The notes beneath the pieces are model-generated. The model searched no databases. It was not told the DNA's origin and worked only from the letters and a program-made list of their open reading frames with translations. From Callorhinchus milii (Eukaryota), in the NCBI RefSeq assembly GCF_018977255.1, contig NW_024704742.1:133054001-133118000 (forward strand): 64,000 nt of DNA. The letters are read 5' to 3'. A program made the position numbers and the translations under genes. Positions within the stretch are counted from its first letter, which is position 1; every line of letters begins with the position of its first letter. Shown here piece after piece: positions 1-12,759 of this stretch.

Positions 1-9
1 CTCCTCATG

Positions 10-435
10 TCAGGCAGGCTCAGTCGGTCACTCACTCGCCTCTGAGCCACAAGGTTATGTGGTCAAGCTCAACTTCAGCACTTTGAGCTCCCAGTTCAGG
101 CTGACACTCTAGTGCAGTGCTGGGGGTATTCTGCACTGTTGGAAGTGTCGTTTTTCAGATGGGACGTTAACCCAAGGTCCCATCTAATTGTCCAATTGGA
201 CGTTAAAAATCCAATGGCACTATTCGAAAAGTGAAGTGAGTTTCTCTCAATCTGACCAACAATCTCCTGAAATAAATTTGGTTGTTCCCTTCATGATCCT
301 TTGTGTCATGAAGTGTGCAAATTGGTTGCTGCATTCACCTACAAAATCATTACATTTTACAGTATATCTTGTGACGCTCTCTGAGACGTCCTCCAAACAA
401 GAAAGGCGCTGTATCAAATGTAAAGATTATTATTA
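10..435 (+). mobile_element. Deu-domain SINE (SacSINE1/AmnSINE1-like)
   Basis: Degenerate tRNA-like head, body ggctgacactctagtgcagtgc...gatgggacgttaa...ggcactattcg, L2-like tail aaaggcgctgtatcaaatg(att)n. Confidence 0.75.
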
Positions 436-543
436 GTATGAAATGGCACAAATATCACCCATCAGTACAGATGTGATGTGAAAGGCAACAAAATACATTG
501 GATTTGTTCAGCTTTCTAATAAAAAATGTTCTTTTTTTATATT

Positions 544-902
544 GGAGTTCTGTAGCTCAGCGGTTAGAGCACTCGCCTCGCAAGCGAGAGACCTGGGTTC
601 GATTCCTGGCAGGATGAAATGTTGGGCAAGCTTCCTTGCTCTACAAGCCTCTGTTTAGCTAGCAGTAAGTAGTTAGTTGATTGGCGGATCGCTTTTCCGG
701 GGGTAATTCCTTCCAAAAAAAATAATAATAATAAATTGGTCACTTCAATCTACGACTATTCATGGGACACTGTGCGAAATTGCTGCCACATTTTGCCCAC
801 AAAATATACAGTCAATTCATCTTACAGTATATTCTGTGAAGCGCTTTGAGACGTCTAGAAGACGTAATAAGGCGCTATATCAAATGCATGGATTATTATT
901 AT
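544..902 (+). mobile_element. tRNA-Ala-derived SINE, full length
   Basis: A box TAGCTCAGCGG, anticodon arm CTCGC-CTCGCAA-GCGAG (CGC), B box GGTTCGATTCC, shared body, (ATT)n tail; many copies in the window. Confidence 0.9.
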
Positions 903-1205
903 ATAAAGGGATATGGCATGAAAGCAAGGCATTCAGCCCAACTAGTCCATGCCAATATTTATATTCCACAAGAGTATACCCCTCTCTTCCTTTCGCCTCA
1001 TTTATCCTTCGAGTTTCCTCTTAAATAGATTTATACTTTTTGCTTCAACCACAGCTTCCCACAGTGAGTACCATATTCTCACCACCCCCTCCTAAACTCT
1101 CCTTTAGATCTACAACTAGCTACTCTATATTTATAACCCTCTAGTTTTGGACTCACCAAAAATTGGAAACAGCCTATTCCCGTCCACCTTATCAAATCCT
1201 TCATC

Positions 1206-1287
1206 TTAAAAATGTAACCAAGGAGTTCTGTGCTGTGCTCTGAGTAGTGTCAGAGGACAGCACAGAACTCCTTGGTTACATTTTTAA
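1206..1287. repeat. Near-perfect inverted repeat (38-bp arms, 6-nt loop)
   Basis: Arms 1206-1243 and 1250-1287 are reverse complements with one mismatch. Confidence 0.95.
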
Positions 1288-1638
1288 CTATTGTTAGCTT
1301 GGCTTTGCTTCCTAAGACGATTCCTTGCACTGGGAGGCAGTAAGGAAGGCTGCATTTGCTCAGAGTGTGATGCTGGAGCTTTGAAGGGCATAGTAGGGAA
1401 TTGTAGGGAATAGGAGAGGGGAATAGGAGAGGGAAATAGGAGGGTATAGGAAAGGGGAATAGGAGGAATGGGGGCTTGAGTGGGATATAAACACTATCAT
1501 GGACTAGTTGGGCTAAATGGTGTGTTTTCATCCAATATCAGAACAATACTCTAGGATGCATCAAGGTGTAGAGCAAGTTGACATAGGTTTAGAGTTGCAA
1601 TTTCAGGACAGTCACCAGGAAGTTTTTCTTTACCAAGT

Positions 1639-1963
1639 GGAGTCCTGTAGCTCAGTGGTTAGAGCACTCGCTTTGCAAGTGAGAGACCTGAGTTCAATTC
1701 CAGGCAGAGGGCGAAACCTTGGGCAAGTTTCCTTACTCCACACAGAGCCTAATAATAATCCCTCCAAAAAACAAAGCAATAATAAATTGGTCATTTTCAA
1801 TCTACGACTGTTTGTGGGACATTGCTGTGCACAATTGGCTGTCGCGTTCGCCCACAAATATACAGTCAATCCACTTTACAGTCTATTCTGTGAAGCGCTT
1901 TGGGACGTCTAGAAGACGTGAAAAGCGCTATATCAAATGCAAGGATTATTATTATTATTATTA
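1639..1963 (+). mobile_element. tRNA-Ala SINE, short-body variant (TGC anticodon)
   Basis: Same head and tail as 544-902, but lacks the ctgtttacctagc...ttttcc block. Confidence 0.9.
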
Positions 1964-2168
1964 CACTAAAGACTGGAACAGGTTTGCCAGGGAGGGTGTG
2001 TGCTGTGATAGGAGGACAGTGGTTGGGTGGGCATTGTGGAAGCCTAAGATCAGATGGGCTGAAGGGGCTTTCTTCATCCAAACTGATCGTGTGATCTTGT
2101 GATGTAACTCGTGATGTGGGTGCTGTTTCTTTGACCCACACTAACAAGTGCAATTGTTGTTTCAGGAG

Positions 2169-2247
2169 ATGGCTAACACTGTGACGTCTGCCTGTTGTGT
2201 GGTGGTGGCCCTCCTGATGGTGTGCGTGCAGGGCAGCAACGAACTGG
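2169..2247 (+). CDS. CNTFR: CNTFR-like cytokine receptor, first coding exon (signal peptide MANTVTSACCVVVALLMVCVQGSNEL-G)
   Basis: Acceptor ttgttgtttcag ends at 2165, ATG at 2169, hydrophobic leader resembling the CNTFR MA-x-x-V-x-x-ACC-x-V leader, phase-1 donor G|gtaagg at 2247/2248 joins in frame to the exon at 18036. Symbol from recalled similarity; could be a paralog. Confidence 0.85.
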
Positions 2248-2974
2248 GTAAGGAAACACTCAAAAGCTTTTCTTTCATTTATTCTGGGATGTGCGTTGCT
2301 ACGTGATTTTGTCACGCTTCTTAATGAGGGTTTCTTAACGCAAGTCACTCTATTATTACCATTATATTCCCGGGCTCCGATTTTCCGGGCACAGCGAAAC
2401 CTTAGGCAAGTTTCCTTACTCCACACACACCTGTTTACCTAGCAGTTAGTAGGAACCTGGCTGTTAGTCGATTGGTGGATCCCTTTCCGGAGATAATAAT
2501 TCCTCTCCCAAAAATGTGGTCACTCAATCCACAACTGTTTGTGGGACACTGCTGTGTGCAATTGGCTGCCGCATTTTACCCACAAAATACACGGTCAATC
2601 TACTTTATAATATAATTTGTGAAGCGCTTTGAGATGTCTCAACGGTATGGTAAGGCGCTATATCAAATGCAAGAATTATTATCGTTGCTCCAATTCAGTC
2701 CATCTTTCTCGGGGTAGGGGGTGGGAGGTGGGAGAGGGGTGAGAGAATAGGTTGTGAAGTGTGCGGTGTTCCTTCGGTTACCGGAGGGAGCCCCTTACTG
2801 GATTTCTGAATGAAGACATTCCGTTACAAAATAATGCAAAGTTGATTGACCCCAGAATTGTGGAAACGTTCGCTATTGATTTGGAAGCTGGTTTTCTCCA
2901 GTTCTTAAAAAAGAACCGACTTCTAGGTTAATATAGACTGAATTTAAGAATTCTAATAATACTTGTGCTTGATA

Positions 2975-3330
2975 CAGATATCCTTCGGGGCAGTTTTCTG
3001 CAGTGACTATGTGAACACAGCAGCAGATTTTCACTGTCTCACGAACAGCCATGACGTAAATGTCTTTTTTTTAATTGAGGAGGAGTGGAAATTGTTAGTC
3101 AGAAGCCAGGAGAAGCACCCTTCTCATTTTGAATAGTGCCATGGGATCCTTAACATCCACCTGAACAGGCAGATAGGATCAGTTTAACGTCTTGGCGAAA
3201 GATTAACTGCCCCCAGCACTGCATTGGAGTGTCAGCTTAGACTACGTGAGTTCAACGTCCCGATGTGGCGTTTGAATCAACAACCTTCTGCTTCAGAGGC
3301 AAGCGTGCTACCACTGCGCCAGGCCAACAC
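2975..3330 (-). mobile_element. Deu-domain SINE
   Basis: Reverse complement of the family at 10-435. Confidence 0.7.
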
Positions 3331-3864
3331 ACAAACCACTCGATCACTTCAACTCCCAACTCAATGAACTGATGAGTTGAGTTTCAGTCAGTGATCAGCT
3401 TTGAAAGGCATGTCGATTATCATGGAAATTTAAATTTTCTCCCCGCTTTTCTACCACATCCTCTGATATCTATAAACTGCTCTGAATGCTTCCCTCATGA
3501 ACTGATTTAATGTCTTCACAGGGAAATACAAATAATCATTATTCTACCATCCCGTTCCCCCTCAGGCTTGGTGTAGTGGTTGGGTCAGAAAATGTTCTGC
3601 TCCGTCGCAGCTGCTTATCTTTGAGTTTTGCTTCTGAGTGGATAAAATACAATTTATATTTATATACAGCGCCTTTCATGTCCCAAAATGCTTTCACAGA
3701 TCTGGATGGGCACTCAAGCTGTGGGTGGGAACTGATGGAAGTGGGTAGTGGAAAGATGCCCGAAAGCACAGTCAAAGAGATAAGTTTTGAAATGTGTCTT
3801 GAAAGAGAGGAGGGAATCAGTGGAACGCCACGTCAAGCCACTTTTTAAATGAATCCCATTGTAC

Positions 3865-4095
3865 TGGCCACGACAACATTTTCTGGTAACCCTGTTCCAG
3901 TTCTTAAATACCCTCTGCATTGAGAAAAACTTCCTGGTGTCTGTCCTGGAATTGCCATTTGTAACTCTAAACCTCGTGTGTCCTCTTGTTCGACTGTCTT
4001 GGTACATCCAAAAGTACTGAGTTTACTTTTTCAATCCCATTTAAAATTGTATACACCTCTATGAGGTCCCCTCTGAACCGTCTTCTCTCAAAACA
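3865..4095 (-). mobile_element. CR1 LINE ORF2 3' fragment
   Basis: Translates to ERRRFRGDLIEVYTILNG and RTRGH..FRV....RTDTRKFFSMQRVFKNWN, the CR1 ORF2 C-terminus. Confidence 0.85.
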
Positions 4096-5784
4096 ATACC
4101 AATCTGCATTTATGTAGCACCTTTCACATGGGGAGGACATCTCAAAGGTGTATCCTACTTGAAGGGCTCTATATAAAAGCAAGTTACTGTTGTACGTAGG
4201 GAAGAAGAAAATTCCTTCGATAAAGAATCTCGCTTTCTTAATCAACCAAGGAATCCTGGTAAGAATAATCCTAGGATAAACTATAACGTCTAGTGACCCG
4301 TGTGTTTCAACAACAAGAACTTGGATTTATATAGCGCCCTCCAAGCTGGACGGCATATCAGAGCGCTTTTGAACGCAAACATGGTAGCCACCTTACAGCA
4401 ATATCACCGTAAATCATGACCCAAACAGGGTTTTTTTAGACGTTGCATGGAACCTGCACATCAAAGCTAAATCAGAAGCCCTTCTGTTTCCTCTCTCCCG
4501 GCTGGATTCTACATCTCAGGTGCAAAAATGCCTGACTACCATTAACATAAAGGACGTTTTAATACGTACCATACCGCTCAGATCAGAGACTAGCAACGGG
4601 AGGCGGTGGAGCTGCTCTATGCATCACTGAGTCCTTCTCCTGCTGGGCAAGCAGGAAATAACCCATCATTCATTGTCCTTGCCCAGACCACGAGGCAGGA
4701 GGGGTCACCCGCAGGGGTCTGGAGAAAGGGCTGGTAAATGGGACTGAAAGGATTGCTCTTAAAGGAGACGGCATAGACATGATGGGCCAAGGCCTTCTCC
4801 TGTGGAGTAAATTTCTAAGGTTCGATAGGATTATTTATCATTCCTCGGACTCATCGTACAGCGCAGTTTACTCAAAAAGATACCCAACACTTTACTCCCG
4901 ATCACCAGAGATCATTCTTACCAGAATTCCTTGGTTGATTAACAAGGCGAGATTCTTTGTTGAAGCAATTCCATTTCTTGCCTTCACACAACAGGAACTT
5001 GCTTTTATACAGCACTCTTCAGGCAGGATAACGACTCAGAGCGCTGCAAATTAGTGGGGTCGGACACTGAGCAAGGGAGAAGTGGGTCAAGGGAAGGTGA
5101 CCATTAGATGTGTTCAAAGAAGTAGGTTTTAAAGACCATTGGAGGTGAAGGGAGCCAAGAGAGGGATCGAGGTATAGGGATAGAGACCAGGCAGCTTCAT
5201 ACCTTATGGAGAGTAGTGACTGAAGACTCGGCCACTGGTAGTGATGGGGCGTGGGTGGGGTGGGGTAGGGGGGGGTTGATATGTGGACCTGGCCTGTGTT
5301 AGCTGAGTGGAGAGCAGAGGAGTGGGGTACGAGCAGATCAGAGTGTTAGGGAGTTAATAGGGTGTAAACCAGTGGCAACTTCTTTGATTGGCCAACAAAA
5401 TAAATGGTTCAAGAATATTTCTTGATTTAGGGCATAAATCTATGCTAATTTGTTTATTCCATGATTATTTTGTTGGCCAAGGTTGTCCACCGTCAGCATA
5501 AAGGGAGTATGTAACATGAAATTCCATTATAATTCCCGTCAACCAAGGGAATTCCGGAAGTGAGTTATACTTAGCATCATAGACATCTATGGCACAGAAG
5601 AAGGCCATTCAGCTCATCGTGTCTGTTGCCGGCTGCCTCAAGAGAAATCCTTTCAGTTCCATGTATCTGCCCTTTCCCCATACCCTGCAACTGACTCTTT
5701 TTAAGGAATCTGTCTATGGAACCAATTAAGCACAGCTTGGCTTAGCCTGCTTCCAATTCCTAGTTTGCGATCATCATTTGCACA

Positions 5785-6130
5785 AAATAATAACAACAAT
5801 CATAATCCTTGCATTATATATTGCCTTGTCACGTTGTTGAGATGTCTCAAAGCGCTTCGCAGGGTGTATCGTAAAGTGGATTGTAAAGTGCATTTTGCGG
5901 GCGAAAAGCAGCAGGCAATTGTGCACAGCAGTGTCCCACAAACGGTCGTGGATTCAGTGACCAAGTTAACTTTTTGGGGGGAGGGATTATTACCCTCAGA
6001 AAGCGATCTGTCAATCGACTAACAGCCGGATTCATACTTACTGCTAGGTAAACAGAGGCATGTGGAGTAAGGAGACCTCTAGCTTTCTATGCGTGCCGAT
6101 TGCTCTGACCACTGAACTATGGGACTCCAC
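5785..6130 (-). mobile_element. tRNA-Ala SINE
   Basis: Reverse complement of the 544-902 family. Confidence 0.8.
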
Positions 6131-8574
6131 AAAACTCAGATTCCTTATTAAGGAATTTCCCAAATGAGCCCCACTATGGGTTTCAAACTTCACTCCAAGG
6201 GACCAGAGATATCCGGGTTTTTTTAAATCTCTCGATGGAACTAAATGCAGCAGAACCTCAGTTCCTGCTACATTTGCCTACAAAAATAAACCAATCTCCA
6301 AGTCTGACTTGCGAAGCACTACAAAAAAATGTGAGTCCTTTCATTCTTTTTGTCAGTCACTAGCCCCTCCCTCTGCTCAGTTAACATCAGCCTGCTTCAT
6401 CATGTCATCATTTCCCACTCTTGGGCGCTGCATATATATATATATATATATATTAAAAAAATGTGATCACTCAATCCATGACCTGGGTTTGATTCCCGGC
6501 AGGGCGAAATGTTGGGCAAATATATGCCTCTGTTTACCTAGCTGTAAGTAGGAATCCGGTTGTTAGTCGATTGGCAGATCGCTTTTCCGGGTATAATTCC
6601 TTCCAAAAAAAATAATAATAATAAATTGGTCACTTCAATCCTCGACTGTTAATGGGACACTGCTGCGCACAATCATCTGTGGTGTTTCTCCCATAAATTA
6701 TACGATCAATTCACTTTACGGTATATTCCGTGAAGCGGTTTGAGACATCTCGACGACGTGATAAGGTGCTGTATGAAATATAAGGATTATATTATTATTA
6801 TATAATCGTTGCTGTTTTTGTACAGTCCCGCAGTGTAACAGGGTGGCAGGCATACACCCATGCAATTACCGAAACCCGAATATTTTGCCTAGACTTAGCA
6901 CACGTGACCATTTGGTTGAGAAGTTACAATCTCATACAATTGAAAGAGATCCTTAAATTCATTTGGAAGCTGCTTTTTCCTTGGTCCTTTTTTTTTAGAA
7001 AACTAGGACGGAAAAAAAATGCTGGCTTCCAATTAAAGATCGAATTTAATACTTTTTTGTCCTCGCTTTGAGACGAAACAGTGTTGCAGCCTAGCACGAG
7101 GTAGAATTTCATGCCACTGAACGGTCTGTAACCCAAGATAGGCATTGGGAATAAGCTGATGTTACAACAATAACAGCAACTTGCATTTATATAATGTCCT
7201 TCACGTGGGGTAGCATCTCGGAGTGCTTGACAAACACACAGTCACTAGACTTCACATTAAAATTCCGCGAAGTGTTTTGAGACGTCCTCCTGACATAAAA
7301 GGTTCTGTATAGGATTATCTCCTCAGGCTGCTGAGGCACTCATCCATGCATTCATCTTGTCCAGGCTTGACTACCCCAATTCCCTGCTTATCAGACTACT
7401 CATCTCTTGCCTTCACGCCTTGGGATCTCCTTACGATGTGAAAGGCACTATACAAATGTAATTTGTTGTTGTTCACAATATGCAGACTATCTCGAATTCT
7501 GCAGTTCGTGACCTTTACCGCACTAGGCTCCGCAAATTTATCATCCCCATCCAAATCCAGGTCCACTGGCTCCCCACCCCCCACGGATTGAGTCTGAGAT
7601 CGTCATCATCCTCACCTTTAAATCCATTTGCGGTCTTGCCCCACCTTCCCTCTGCAACCTCCCCAAACTGTGCCAGCCTCCCCTACCTGCTCCACTATCA
7701 TCAGTCAGGCTTTAACCTTATCTGCGTCCACTCACTGGAACCACATCCCAGAGCCCCCCTGCCTCTCATTAACGACCCTCACTTCCTTCAAGATCCACGT
7801 GTGACTGCGTTTTCGGTCATTTTTCGAATGAAAGGGGTTTTCGGATTAGCAGGGAGGGTAGGAGTAGGAGGGTGATTGAAAGTGCGGTCGAACAGGAGGG
7901 TCTTGAGACGTGCCTTGAAGGAGGCAAGGGAGGGCGCAAGCCGAACGGACTGTGGGATAGAGTTCCACTGCCCTGAAAAAGGGAATTTCAAAAAGTGCTC
8001 AGCAAGCACGCTAAAGTGACGTTCAAGGCTTTGCCTGTGGCTACGCCATGGATGTGCTGCTGAAACCCAATTCTGGGGTAGGCTCCAGAAGGGTTAAACG
8101 ATTCACAGGAAAAAGTGTGTATCAAGTGGACCGTAATGTTAAAGAACTGTCAATCCCTGACTGATTAGCTGTCTAGAAGGAATTTGAAACAGATGTCTCT
8201 CAGCCTACCCTCCAGGAGAATATTTCCCTCCCTCAAAACCAAATGCATTGATGGAATTAGCGAGAGAATAATAGGTTTCTGCATGTTGCGTTGAGAATAT
8301 TTTCCGGGAATACATAAACCTGTTTTAATGAATGGTTTCAGAATAATAATAGTAGTTTGAATCACTACCTAATGAGAAATAAAGATAATAATCTGTGCAT
8401 TGGATATATGGCAACTTCCTGAGTTCTGAAATTCTTCTTAGTATTAACCTGTGAGAACTCATTGTGCAGTATAATCCTAATAATCATTGTAATCTGTACA
8501 TTTGAGATAACATGCTTTACATCAGGAGGATGTCTCGAAGCGCTTTACAGAATGCAACAACAACAATTTGCATT

Positions 8575-8910
8575 GTGGAATCCCATATATTAGTGGTTAG
8601 CACGCTCCCCTAGCAAGCAAGAGGACCCAGGTTCGATTCCCAGGCAGGTCGAAACCTTAGGCAAGTTTCCTTAATCCACACCCCTCTGTTTACCTAGCAG
8701 TAAGTAGGTTGTTAGTCAATTAGTAATAATCCCTCCAAAAAAATGTGGTCGCTCAATCCACCACTGGTTGTGGGACACTGCTGTGCACAATAGCTGCTGT
8801 GTTTCACCCACAAAGTACATAGTCAATTCACTTTACAATATATTCTGTGAGCGCTTTGAGACCTCTTAACGACGTGATAAGACACTATATCAAATACAAG
8901 GATTGTTATA
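8575..8910 (+). mobile_element. tRNA-Ala SINE
   Basis: B box GGTTCGATTCC, shared body and tail. Confidence 0.85.
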
Positions 8911-9079
8911 CTATTAGTATTTATATTGACCCCTTTAAGTGGGGTAGTATCTCAGAGAATTGATATACTGTAAAGTGTAGTGACTGTGCATTTTTAGGTG
9001 AACGCTGCAGCCACTTTGCATACACCAAGGTTCCACAATTAGCTATGAAGTGAACGACCCAATTTTATTTGGGTGGTTG

Positions 9080-10040
9080 TTGACCACAAATGACATTCTC
9101 TGTATCTGTGACGAGGGCTCCCTCTGCCTCCTCCTCCTGGATCTCTCTGCCGCGTTCGACACAGTCGAGCACGGCATCCTCCTCGATTGGCTCTCCTCCC
9201 TCATCTACCTCAGTGGGATCTCACTCGCAGGTTCAAGTCCTACTTAACCAACCACCTCCATTTCATCTCAGCAAATGGTTTCTCCTCCTGCCCCTGCCCG
9301 ATCATCTGTGAGGTACCCAGGGCTCCATCCTTGGCCCTCTTCTTTTCCTTATCTATGTGCTCCCTCTTGCCAATGTGTTCCGCAGACACAGGGTAAACTT
9401 CCACATGTAAGCGGATGACACACAAATCTACTTTGCCTCCTCCAGTACCAACTCCAGGTCTGCCAATGTTCTATCAGCTTGTCTGGCAGACATCAAGGCC
9501 TGGATGAGTGTAAACTTCCTGCAGTTGAACGTGGACAAGATGGAAGCCATTCTCTTGGCTCAAGTTAACACCTTCGCTCCTGTGGATGTAAACTCCTCAT
9601 CTTCCTTGGGCTCTCCCTCAGACTCACAGTTCCAGCGCGCAACCTAGGCGTCCGGTTCGACACCCAGCTGTCTTTCTTCTCCCACATCCGGTTCCTGACC
9701 AGGACCACTTTCTTCCACCCCCATCACATTGCCCGCCACCAACCGTACCTTATCCCAAATGCTGCCGAAACCCTCGTGCATGCGTTTGTCACCTCCCGCT
9801 TGGATTACTCCAACGCACTCCTCGCCGGTCTCCCCAGCTCCACCATTCACAAGATCCAAATCATTCAAAGCTCTGCCACCCCCAGACTGACCCAAACCAA
9901 ACTCCCGTCCCCACATCGCACCAGTTCTGGCCTAGGCTCCACTGGATCCCCATCACCGAACGGATCAAATTCCGCCACTGTTAAGTGCTCTGAGACGCTA
10001 ACCTGCGTGAAGGGTGCTATATAGGTGCAAGTTGTTGTTG
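9080..10040 (+). mobile_element. L2 LINE, 5'-truncated with internal deletion
   Basis: LLLLDLSAAFDTVEHGILL, decayed YADD (M*ADDTQIY), HAFVTSRLDYSNALLAGLP, (TTG)n tail. Confidence 0.92.
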
Positions 10041-12759
10041 ACCAGGATCATAAAATTTAACATTGTGCAAAATTAGAAGAAAGATCTACATTTCAGCCTT
10101 GATTTGGATGCTGTTTCTCCGCAGTTCTTAAAAACAAACCAGCTTTGAATATAAGACCGAGTTTGAGAATTTTTCAGGCAATTCTGGGTGATTCTTATAT
10201 TTTAAGACAACATGATCTTACAAGTGTCAGCCTTGCTCAGTTGGTTGTACTCTCTCCTCTGGGTCAGAAGGTTATGGTATCAAGTCTCACTCTGGGGATT
10301 TGCAGCTTGCAGTCAATGGATGCAATGGCAGGGGAGGGGAGTGCTGCATTGGCTGAACATTAAATATTAACCATCTTTCGGATCAAACATTAAACTGTCT
10401 GGTTTGCCTGTTCAGGTGAACGTTAAATATCCTGTAATGCTATTCAAACAGACAAGCGAGTTCCTCATGGTGACCCGGACCAACAGTCCTCTAGTTAGAT
10501 TGTTGTTCACTTCATGGCAGCTTGTGGGGCAAATTGGCTGCTGTGTTTTCCTATAAAATATGTGCTTCCTACACTTTACATAAAAACACTAAATTAAATG
10601 CAACAGCTTTATTATTGCAGGCTAAGACGAGGTGGAAGTTCGGAGCTTTAGGTATGCAAAATTCTGGGCAATAAAATCGACCAGCAAATGCAAAAGAATG
10701 GTATCAGAGGCCGTGACAGAAATAGCAAGGAATTGGAAAGACGGCTTCCTGGAGGAACAAGCAGTGATATAAATTAGTGGTCCAGAGGGTAGGGCAAAAC
10801 TTTGAGCAAGTTTCCTTATTCCACACGCCGCTGTTCACCTAGCAGTAAGTGGGAAGCTGGTTGTTAGTCGATTGGCAGATCACTTTTTTGGTGGTAATAA
10901 TCCCTTAAAAAGAATAGTAATAACAATTTGGTCACTCAATCCATGACTGATTGTGGGACACTACTGTATGCAATTGGCTGCTGCGTTTTGCCCACAAAAA
11001 TACAAAGTTACTTTCCTTTACAGTATATTCTGAGACATCTCGAAGACGTGATAAGGCGTTATACCAAATGCAAGGATTATTATTATTTTTATTATTATTA
11101 CTCCCTTTGTACATTTTTTATGGTTGGGATTGTCTTCAACTGTTGTGTTGTTACCATATTTATTTGCTCGCAACACTTTTACTGGCCTGTATGTCTTAGA
11201 AGAATGGTAAGCCATTATTGTTTTACACATAGTCGAGACTTGTAGCACCGCATAAATCTGTAAGATATGAGGACTGGGGAAAGGCAGGGACGTAACTGGA
11301 CAGCTCATTCAAAGAGAGAACCAGCACAGACATAGCCTCATTCTGTGCTGTAATTTCAGTGTGAATCTGGACTTCTTTCAGCAGGCAGTGCGCAGCCAAC
11401 AGTACAAGAGGCAATTCTTCCATTTTCTCTTACTTTTTCAACAAACACAGCAAACGTAGTGAATAAAAATGCCTTTTAAACACTCTTACACGTGATATCA
11501 ACCTTCACTTGTCTGCCTTATCTGGCCCATCAGTTTTAAAAAAACTGGTTCATTGGAATATTTTTCTCCCAGATTTCCAGACAGCTGGTTTGAATTGGTG
11601 TTGGACAAGGAAAGTCCATCTCATATATTTATCCTGAAGGGTGAAACTCGGTGCTTTCCAATCAGAGCCATCCTTCTTCCTGGAATCTTTCAACTGTGCA
11701 GTTTCTTCCCCCGACCTTCCCACACCATGCATCGTGTGTGTCAGCCTGGTTTCAACCCCTGTCAGGACTTTGAAATCATAGCCTAGACCAGTGGTGACTA
11801 ATGTTTAAGGTTGAGCAACACAAATAAATTTTCTTGATTGAATGTGTCCTTGACATTGAGCATCAGCAGGCTGTTAGATTGAAACGCTCACTGCTGGCAT
11901 TCCTGTAGATAGCAATTAGTTTTCCAATGGTCTTAATGTTGAGTCAGTGACAAATTTAACGTTGGATTTCATTTCCTTTGTCTAATATGTAAAATTTTGC
12001 TAAATTTTGGTTACATTGTTCAATTGTTTTTCTGGTCAGTCGGTATCTGACACGCAGAAATCCATCACCATGCTTAAAAGTATCCAACCCAATCTGAGAG
12101 TTCCACATATTTATGTTACCAACACATAAATAATGAGTAATAATAAATAATAATAATTTAGTCACTCAATCCATGACTGTTTGTGGGACATTGCTGTACG
12201 CAATTTGCTGCCACGTTTCAGCCCACAAAATATACAGTCAGTTCAATTTGCAGTATTGTACTGTGAAGCGCTTTGAGATATCTCAACGCACGATAAGGTG
12301 TTATATTAAATGCAACGATTATTATTAATATTACTATTATTGGAATTCCCCTGTGTCTGGAATGTGCACTCCTTCTTTCCCTGGAGGAACGCGCCCTGTT
12401 GACCAGAGAGTATTAGGTACAGGTTGGCAAGAGCCAAGGCTTGGGGACCGCAGAGTGTGCTTTGGGGGTAACAGCTGGAATTTAACCAGCTATCACCGCA
12501 CAGCTTGACATTGAGATTACTGTCTGGCAAGCTTCCCACTGCTGGTCCAGCTAGAAAATTGTGCAATTCAGCCTTAATTCAGGGGATGTTTTGTTTTTAA
12601 GATCATATGGAAAACCAACTTCTAAATTTAGACTGAATTTAAGTCAATGATCTCAGGAATAAAACCATGAGATTACCACAGGTCTCACAAGCAGGAATCC
12701 TAACTGTTTTTTTTTCTGACTGACTGACTGCATTGATCTGCACAGTTATACTACCTCAC

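Noticed and set aside
544..615. tRNA-Ala gene
   Set aside because: No complementary 3' acceptor stem; it runs directly into a SINE body repeated many times in the window.
836..2102. Family of small ORFs such as ...RRYIKCKDYYY and ...KALYQMQGLLL recurring across the window
   Set aside because: These are translations of the same SINE tail in different frames, not a gene family.
5388..5480. 16-bp inverted repeat TTGGCCAACAAAATAA
   Set aside because: Probably a decayed hAT-like MITE; ends and TSD cannot be defined.
10621..10651. Possible 31-nt micro-exon (ttgcag...|gtatgc)
   Set aside because: Weak pyrimidine tract, immediate stop in the phase-1 frame, and no other support.
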